Positions 1-6,484 of a DNA stretch of 64,000 nt are shown here, piece by piece. Under the pieces are notes generated by a model, which ran no database searches, was not told the origin of the DNA, and was given only the letters and a program-made list of their open reading frames with translations. This stretch comes from Candidatus Poriferisodalis sp. Its GTDB lineage: Bacteria > Actinomycetota > Acidimicrobiia > Acidimicrobiales > Poriferisodalaceae. Position numbers and translations under genes: made by a program. The stretch spans positions 1,307,105 through 1,371,104 of the forward strand of contig NZ_OZ242363.1 of assembly GCF_965208895.1 (NCBI RefSeq). The letters run 5' to 3'. The stretch's first letter is position 1; every line of letters begins with the position of its first letter.

Positions 1-1312
1 TCGCGATCGCGCGTTCACGCACCGCCAGCGATTGCTCACCAATCAGGAGTTGGCAACCGATTCCAGAACGCCGCAGTCGCTCGCTGAGCTGCCGCAGCGG
101 ATCGATGGTGAAGGAGAACACCACGGTCTTGCGCCCGCGAGCAGCTGCGGCCTGCACCAGACCGCTCGCACGATCCAGCTTCGCGCTGTCGCCGGATACC
201 GGCTCCCAATCACAGATGGTTCTCAGTCGGCCGAACAATGCCAGGAAGTCGCCCGGGCCGCTCGACGACAGGCTCCGAATCGCCTCGTTGTAAGCAGCGC
301 GCTGCGCCGGGAGCATCTCGCACTCGACTGTGTGCTCGACAGCAGTCGGCAGCTCGGGAAGCACAGATTCCTTCGTGCGTCGCAGCAAGTAGGGACGAGC
401 GCGAGCACGCATCGTTTCTAGTCCGAGCCGGTCATCGTCGATCGAATACAGACGAGGCTCCAACAGCGACAACAGGCAGGCCAGGTCAGCTGCGTCCCGC
501 TCAACGGGCGTGCCGGTCAGCATCCACAGGCGGGGAGTGACGAGTCGGCGCATGGCCTGACTCAACTGAGAGTCCGATTTGCGTAGTCGGTGCGCTTCGT
601 CGGCCACGATCAAACTGGGAGGTTGACGCGCCAAGTGTCGCCAGAGATCGCGTACGTCTTCGTAGCTGGCGAGCACTGCGTGTGCTCGGGCTGCGGCACG
701 GTGCCAGTCACTGTCCGCGAAACCGCCGCCGAGCCGGTCAAGCCCAAGGACCGTCAGTTCGGGCGCCCATCGGTGAAACTCAGCATCCCAATTTGCGATC
801 AGTGTTCGCGGCGCCGCCACGAGACACGTTCTCAATCTTCGAGCGCGGTACAGCCTCCGGATGGCGGCGATCACCTGTACCGTCTTGCCAAGGCCCATAT
901 CGTCGGCAAGCACGGCGCGGTTGCGTTGCAGAAGAAAACCGGTACCGCTTCGTTGGAACGGATACAGGGAGTCTTGAACTCTGCGCGGTAACAACAATGG
1001 CACTACGCGCCGCAATGCGCGGTCGTAGTCACGCTCATGCCCCGGAGCGCAATTGAATGTCCATTCCAAGGTTCCCTCGCGCAAACCGCGAACCTTTCGG
1101 GCAACTGCAGCGTCATTCGCAATGAGCTCAAGAACGGCCGCTACGAGTCGCCGATCGCCCGATGGAACAGCAATCTCGGTGTGCTGCTCGTAGCAAATAT
1201 TGAGGAATCCCCATTCGCCCCGATGCTCTAGTTGCGCGAGCACGACATCCGAATCTGGCCACGGGCGCACATAGGCGCGCTTCATGGCCGGAACATGACG
1301 TAGCGCGCTCAT
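1..1312 (-). CDS. SNF2/Swi2-family helicase, partial (C-terminus runs off the window start); candidate restriction-side helicase of the Ssp locus
   Basis: Absent from the ORF track because it has no stop inside the window. My manual reverse-strand translation is open from ATG 1312 to position 1. It reads ..AVLADDMGLGKTVQVIAAIRRL.. (motif I), ..SLIVADEAHRLRK.. (motif II, DEAH at 590-601), ..RLWMLTGTPVERD.. (motif III) and ..RPYLLRRTKESVLPELP.. (SNF2_N hallmark). Confidence 0.8.
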   Translation of the reverse strand, partial: MSALRHVPAMKRAYVRPWPDSDVVLAQLEHRGEWGFLNICYEQHTEIAVPSGDRRLVAAVLELIANDAAVARKVRGLREGTLEWTFNCAPGHERDYDRALRRVVPLLLPRRVQDSLYPFQRSGTGFLLQRNRAVLADDMGLGKTVQVIAAIRRLYRARRLRTCLVAAPRTLIANWDAEFHRWAPELTVLGLDRLGGGFADSDWHRAAARAHAVLASYEDVRDLWRHLARQPPSLIVADEAHRLRKSDSQLSQAMRRLVTPRLWMLTGTPVERDAADLACLLSLLEPRLYSIDDDRLGLETMRARARPYLLRRTKESVLPELPTAVEHTVECEMLPAQRAAYNEAIRSLSSSGPGDFLALFGRLRTICDWEPVSGDSAKLDRASGLVQAAAARGRKTVVFSFTIDPLRQLSERLRRSGIGCQLLIGEQSLAVRERAIA

Positions 1313-1370
1313 ATCCCTGCAGGAACAGGCTGCTCACAGCATCGTTCGGTAGTGACTGGCACGGGCGTTC

Positions 1371-2777
1371 CTACACGAGGAGCCCGGCCTCGATCTCTGT
1401 CCACAGCGACTCGACCTCCTCGCCGGCGTCAAGCGGAAGCATCATCTCCCACGCGGCGCGCAGCCCGGTGCTGCCGGAAATGTCGTCTTCGGCATGCTGG
1501 TCCAGCCCAAGTTGCCATCGCAGGATCCGCTCGGCTACCCGCAGGCGAGCCTTGCGGTCTTCGTTGGTAATGCGCCAAGCCCCGTCTTCGGCGCGAACTA
1601 GGAGCAGGTGCCTCCACGGCGCTGAGTGAGCCTCCCAATTGATCCGGTCGAGCGGCCGGAGCGCATCCTCAGCCGCCACGGCATCTAGTTCCGCAGCCAC
1701 ACCTGATGTCTGCTGTCGTGCAATCGCCTCGTTCAGCATGTCCCGCGCCAATCCCACTACGAGCAGCTGAACGATCGGCCAAAACAGAACGTTGTCACGC
1801 GTGTCGCCCTCAAGGTCGGCCCCGTGATCGCGCATGCGCGCCGGGTCTTCAGACAAGACCGGCAAAGCGGTTATCAAGCCATCCCAACAAATCGTCAATT
1901 CTGCACCAAGTGCTTCGATCTCGTCGTCGTCTGGCCGAAAACGCTTGTAGTCGCCGAATTTATCGCCGTGTGCGCCCCAGCCAAGATTACGGCGATCCGG
2001 TGTATACAACCATTCAATATTGAGTCGATACAGCATCTCCAGACTCGTCCAGTGGCTCGATCCTGGTCGTACGTTCTTTCCAGGTTCCATTTTGATTCGA
2101 TCAGAGGTGAACTGGTCACTTCCAGCGCGAAAGAACGGATGTTCTGTTACAAGGCGACGTGTGATGATCGCCAATGAGTCATCCTCGTCCATTACAATGT
2201 TCTCAAACTCGGACATATTCTTCGCATAGCGATTGAGATGTCCAAAGAGCCGACGGTAACGGACCATAAACTCTTGAAGATCTTCGTGGTATCGAGGAGT
2301 CACAATGACAACCGAGGCCTCTTCGTCACGGAATCCCTGTGGCGCCGACCAATCACTCTCGCCGTCCACAAGCGAACGGATTGCTGCGAGCCGGTGCTGA
2401 CCATCAAGGGCATAGTACTGTTGTCCGCCATCGAACGTCAGCACCCCGAACGCCTCTGTCAAACGCCGATCGCCACGCAAGATCCGGAACTCCGGAATAT
2501 CTTCGATGCTGACCGGATACCACTGAGGTTCACCGTCAAACGCGGCGACGACAAGCGAGTTGAAGAACCTGTCCTTGTGCTTTGCGAGATAGCTTGCGAT
2601 CTCACCATGGGAACGTGAACGCTTGAGTTGACGTTGGATTGCCGCCGAAAGTTCGGTGGGTCCGTGGATTTCTTCGGCGAACTTGACGTTCTCGGCAAGC
2701 TCGCGCATGGACATCCGCACCATGTAGTATTCCCAGCTTCCCATCTTTGCCCGAATAGCCGGATATATCTGAGTCAC
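1371..2777 (-). CDS. DGQHR-domain protein (DndB-like / ParB-fold family)
   Basis: The 468-aa ORF carries the family signature ..QQYYALDGQHRLAAIRSL... It lies directly upstream of the SNF2 gene on the same strand. Sampled lines are about 47-50% GC. Confidence 0.8.
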   Translation of the reverse strand: MTQIYPAIRAKMGSWEYYMVRMSMRELAENVKFAEEIHGPTELSAAIQRQLKRSRSHGEIASYLAKHKDRFFNSLVVAAFDGEPQWYPVSIEDIPEFRILRGDRRLTEAFGVLTFDGGQQYYALDGQHRLAAIRSLVDGESDWSAPQGFRDEEASVVIVTPRYHEDLQEFMVRYRRLFGHLNRYAKNMSEFENIVMDEDDSLAIITRRLVTEHPFFRAGSDQFTSDRIKMEPGKNVRPGSSHWTSLEMLYRLNIEWLYTPDRRNLGWGAHGDKFGDYKRFRPDDDEIEALGAELTICWDGLITALPVLSEDPARMRDHGADLEGDTRDNVLFWPIVQLLVVGLARDMLNEAIARQQTSGVAAELDAVAAEDALRPLDRINWEAHSAPWRHLLLVRAEDGAWRITNEDRKARLRVAERILRWQLGLDQHAEDDISGSTGLRAAWEMMLPLDAGEEVESLWTEIEAGLLV

Positions 2778-2843
2778 TTCACCTACTCCTAGATTAGTTT
2801 AGGTCTGATTGTGGCTTCGCCATGAGGCTGAACCCAATAGCAC

Positions 2844-3533
2844 TCACACACGTTGAGGCTCGCCAAGTCGAGCGATGAGGGGCCGCCCTCGCGGCATGCT
2901 GCGATTCGCGGGCGGCGACAGCACCCGAACTAACTCCGACTCGGCATCACGAAGCCACGTCGCAGAATCATCAGAGTGAGCATCTGGTACCACTGTGAAT
3001 GCGAAGTTCAAATAGCCGAATATCGTATGGCAACGGACGATCAGGGGGTTCGGTGACTCCGGATTCGCATGCTGCAGAAAGCGGCGCCGCAGGTTGTCGG
3101 AACGACCCGCGTAGATGGCATTGACCAAGTCTGCGGGAATCTGATAGTTCCTCGCGAGACGCTCTCGTTCTGTCAGCAGCAAGTAGACCCCCGGGCGAGT
3201 CGGGATGCTGTCCCGATACAGGCTGTTGAGTGGCTTGCGCCTCCATTGTGCGCCCCGAAGCACCTCGGCCAATTGGCGCCAATCAGCCGGTTCGAGGGAC
3301 CAACCATCGAGAGGCATGCCCTCACCGGCTTCCGTCGTTATGCGGAGGTAGCGAACGCTCATGAGGCCGAGCCATCGCGTGTGCCCCAACTGATTGATTC
3401 GGGGCAGGTGCCACCTCGAGGTGGGTTGAATCCCGCTTCGCAGGCGCGGCAACATGCGCCTGCAACCGCCGTGCTGTTCGAACTCCGCTGAAACGTTGAC
3501 CTGACGCTGTGAATTCAACGTCTCCCGCGGCAA
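2844..3533 (-). CDS. GIY-YIG nuclease-domain ORF, probably the C-terminal part of a frame-shifted larger gene
   Basis: GIY-YIG pattern ..RPGVYLLLTERE..(x)..AIYAGRSDNLRRRFLQH.. followed by ..AESELV.. and ..PPANR... The frame is open up to 3650 with no ATG/GTG/TTG before the TTG at 3533. Confidence 0.65.
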   Translation of the reverse strand: MPRETLNSQRQVNVSAEFEQHGGCRRMLPRLRSGIQPTSRWHLPRINQLGHTRWLGLMSVRYLRITTEAGEGMPLDGWSLEPADWRQLAEVLRGAQWRRKPLNSLYRDSIPTRPGVYLLLTERERLARNYQIPADLVNAIYAGRSDNLRRRFLQHANPESPNPLIVRCHTIFGYLNFAFTVVPDAHSDDSATWLRDAESELVRVLSPPANRSMPRGRPLIARLGEPQRV

Positions 3534-4977
3534 CCGAGATTTGAGCTGCTCGAGTTCGATGCTTGAATTGCTCCGGGCCGAGGAAGGAAACTTCAGCTGA
3601 GCCGTGTACCACGAGCCCGACGCTCGTCCCTGCCCTCGCTCCCAGACCCCTCAGCGCCGCCGCGATTCGGCCAATCTCGGGTCCGTGAATCGATGTCTTG
3701 CGCCAAATCACCGACACGGCAGGGCATCCCGCTGGCGACTTGACCGCAGCCGACGCCTTCCGTCCGAAGCCTGCGCCGAGCGCGACCGATACCTCAGGCG
3801 GAACGTTCGTGAGGCTGTAGCCGTGTAGGAATCTGTCCTCTACCGCGAACGTCCACACGGGTTCGCCCGCGGCCGTGACAGCGTCGGCGATGTCATCGAT
3901 GACGCCCTGCACAGTGGGGGCGTGTGTGGCCTCCCGGACCCATTCATGCTCGACGACGAAGGCCGGTGTCTCCACGTAAGCCCGAACGCTGGCCTCTTTG
4001 ACTCCGAACAACCGCGGGATCTCGTCGAGCAAACGGCTTAGCCTGGTGGAACCGCCGTCCTCGTTGATGCGTTGGCGAATCTCGGCTGGGATCCCCTCGT
4101 ATACGTCGTCAACCCAATCGTCGAAGCCCCAGGTGGTCTTGGAAGCCCGAACTACACCCCCCATCCCCGCGAGCACGGCATCCACCCGAAACATTGGCCC
4201 TTCGATCTCCGGTCGCAGCCGATCCTCGATCTCCGCCTTCGTCGCCGGTCGGCCAATCGACATCAGTGCGGCCGCGACCTGTGCCCGGCGAGTCGACGCG
4301 AGGACCAGCACGCCACACACCCTCGTCAGTCCGGCGACCGACAGCATCTCTGCCCAGTCGTCACTCCAGCGTTGGCCCAACTCCGAGCGGCGCAGTCGTT
4401 CCTCGGCAACGCATCCGAAATCATCGCTGAACTCTCTCGCCAGCGCCGCAAGTTGACGTGCTGCGGCAACGGCTCTGCGACTCGTCCAGATTCCGCCATT
4501 ATCTTGGTAGCCGAGTTCCACCATGAGTCGTCGCGAGATGATGCGGCCCGCGAGGTCGTCAGCCCCTCCCGTGAGCGCAGCGATGGCGCCTCGGAGGCGT
4601 TCATCATCCGCGAAATCGCCCAACCAGTCCGTCAGAGGCGAAATAACTTGGCCAAGAAATGGCCCGAGCGCTTCGTCGATCCGTGACCGCAGTTTCGATT
4701 CGATGCCGCGGACCCGTTCTCCGGTCCGACGAACCCAACGGCCGATTTCGGCCAAGGTTGCCGGCTCTGCAGCGGCGATGCGGTTCTTGAGCACGATTAC
4801 ATCGACGTCATTGGCTTCGGCGATGAGCTGCCTTACTGCGCTGGTTGCATCGCGAATGATGTCGGCAATTTCCGAGTCGTTGTCCTGACGAAGTGCCGAC
4901 AGTGGCGTTGAGCTGGCCGGCTCTACCCGCCTCCCAACTGCGTCACCGTTGCTGTACCGGGACCGACCACTGCTCAC
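3322..4977 (-). CDS. Hypothetical protein with a sigma-70 region-4-like helix-turn-helix; the real coding part probably ends near 3600
   Basis: ..EPATLAEIGRWVRRTGERVRGIESKLRSRI.. resembles sigma-70 region 4.2. GTG 4977 overlaps the sspD stop as GTGA; ATG 4995 is an alternative start. The first 53 codons of the track ORF overlap sspD and look spurious. GC3 collapses downstream of about 3600. Confidence 0.55.
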   Translation of the reverse strand: MSSGRSRYSNGDAVGRRVEPASSTPLSALRQDNDSEIADIIRDATSAVRQLIAEANDVDVIVLKNRIAAAEPATLAEIGRWVRRTGERVRGIESKLRSRIDEALGPFLGQVISPLTDWLGDFADDERLRGAIAALTGGADDLAGRIISRRLMVELGYQDNGGIWTSRRAVAAARQLAALAREFSDDFGCVAEERLRRSELGQRWSDDWAEMLSVAGLTRVCGVLVLASTRRAQVAAALMSIGRPATKAEIEDRLRPEIEGPMFRVDAVLAGMGGVVRASKTTWGFDDWVDDVYEGIPAEIRQRINEDGGSTRLSRLLDEIPRLFGVKEASVRAYVETPAFVVEHEWVREATHAPTVQGVIDDIADAVTAAGEPVWTFAVEDRFLHGYSLTNVPPEVSVALGAGFGRKASAAVKSPAGCPAVSVIWRKTSIHGPEIGRIAAALRGLGARAGTSVGLVVHGSAEVSFLGPEQFKHRTRAAQISVAAGDVEFTASGQRFSGVRTARRLQAHVAAPAKRDSTHLEVAPAPNQSVGAHAMARPHERSLPPHNDGSR

Positions 4978-5822
4978 AGCGCGCACACCGTGCATTGCTC
5001 GTCTGAGTCTTCTTCGTCGAATGCGTCTGCGAGGACTTCGATCAGCGGGATATTGCGTCGGGCAGTCTTGGCGCGGGCTAGAGCGGCTGCGTGGCGATCG
5101 AGGATCTCGGTACGGCGGGAGCGGAGCTGGACGAGCGTTTCGCCTCCGCTCCATGTGTATTGGCGGCCTGCCATGGCTCGATCGCCGAAGTCGGCATTGC
5201 CGTCGACGCCAGCGTCGAGCAACATTTTCTGTTCAATGGCGATGGCTCTCTCGAAGAGTTCGGGATGGCGGTCGGCGAGGCCGATCCACTCGGCCTTTCG
5301 CTGGTAGAAGCAGAAGTAGCAACCTGAGCGCGTCCGCCATTCGTAGTAGGCGGGCAGGCCGATGCCGGCATCGTCGAGGATCTGCATGACGCCGTCGTGA
5401 TCGATACCGTCGTCGACGAATGGGAAACGGCTCTCAATGTTCGGCTTCGTTGAGATGTAGCCCTTGCGGTTCGCTTCGTCTGCTCGGATGGCTACGTAGG
5501 AGATTGCGGGCTCATCGCCGATCCACGCTTCGATCGGCTTGATCTTCATCACCTTGGTGCACCAGCGCATCTGCGGTGACGGCAGCGCCCCGCGGAATAC
5601 CTCGAACCAGTGGTCGAACCCCCGCTCTGAGTTCAGACGGATGATCGGCTTGCCCAGGATGACTTCGAGGCGTGTCAAGAATTCGTAGGTCTCGGGAAGC
5701 TCGGCGCCCGTGTCGCAAAAGAAGTACTCCATCTCCGGCACCCGCTCGCGCAGATAGAGCGCCAGTGCGCTCGAATCCTTGCCACCGGAAATACCGCAGA
5801 TGTGGCGAACCGGCGCGGTCAC
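4974..5822 (-). CDS. sspD: PAPS-reductase-like PP-loop ATP pyrophosphatase (SspD-like; DndC-related)
   Basis: The N-terminal PP-loop reads ..HICGISGGKDSSALALYL... The 282-aa size is right for the family. It has a 4-nt overlap with the upstream ATPase ORF. The operon context includes DUF4007 and a cysteine desulfurase. Confidence 0.8.
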   Translation of the reverse strand: MTAPVRHICGISGGKDSSALALYLRERVPEMEYFFCDTGAELPETYEFLTRLEVILGKPIIRLNSERGFDHWFEVFRGALPSPQMRWCTKVMKIKPIEAWIGDEPAISYVAIRADEANRKGYISTKPNIESRFPFVDDGIDHDGVMQILDDAGIGLPAYYEWRTRSGCYFCFYQRKAEWIGLADRHPELFERAIAIEQKMLLDAGVDGNADFGDRAMAGRQYTWSGGETLVQLRSRRTEILDRHAAALARAKTARRNIPLIEVLADAFDEEDSDEQCTVCAL

Positions 5823-6484
5823 AGCACGCCCTCTGCGATCTTGGCCGACGGCGGGTCGGCATCGGTCCGCGCGGCGCCAGCCGGGGCCAGCAGGCGCTCT
5901 GCGAGAATCGCCAGTGCTGCGTTGTGGGCTCGTTGCGGTGAACCGACTGCTTCGGTGATTCTGGCAAGCAGGTCGTCGACTGCGGGTTCAACGGCGGATC
6001 GCTCATCGTGTGCGACGCCAACGAGGCGCGCCTCTTCGGCGCCTGAGGGATCGGTCACAGAAATGCGCAATGCCTCGAATGGCAGACCGTCGGCTGCTCG
6101 CCGCTCGGCATGCAGCGCCCTCAGCCGGTTGAACGCCGCAAGCCTCTGCGGCAGTCGCGCGCGAACAGCCGCCAAGTCTCGATCGTTCCACTCGGTCGGT
6201 GCCTTGCCTGCGAGCACGGTGGCGACTGACGCCATCCAATCGTGGTCGTCCTCGTAGACGTCGTTGGAGAGCGCCAGCACAAAGCTGCGCATCTGCGGGT
6301 CGAGCACCTCATCTATGAGTCCGACTGCTGGACCCGACACTGCAACGCGAGCACGCTCACCGGCGGCTGCGAGCAGTTCAGCGCATAGCTCGAGAATTAA
6401 CTCGCGGCAGCGTCCGGTGAGCTCGTCGAGGCTGAGCGCGAGGTTGTTCGCGAATTCATCGCGATTACCCCCCCCCCCCCCCCA
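5819..6484 (-). pseudogene. sspC: C-terminal ~220 codons of the SspC-like ATPase, displaced into another frame by the poly-G tract
   Basis: In this frame the tract reads W-GGGGG-NRDEFANNLALSLDELTG.. and stays open to 5819, ending in a 4-nt overlap with sspD. The part of the track ORF upstream of the tract (6485-6562) overlaps the real sspC frame and is junk. Confidence 0.6.

Noticed and set aside
1-2777. Alternative reading of DGQHR plus SNF2 as part of a Dpd (7-deazaguanine) DNA-modification system
   Set aside because: No DpdA/TGT-like, QueC/D/E or FolE genes are in the window, and the pair is contiguous with the ssp operon. This cannot be fully excluded because the locus continues beyond position 1.
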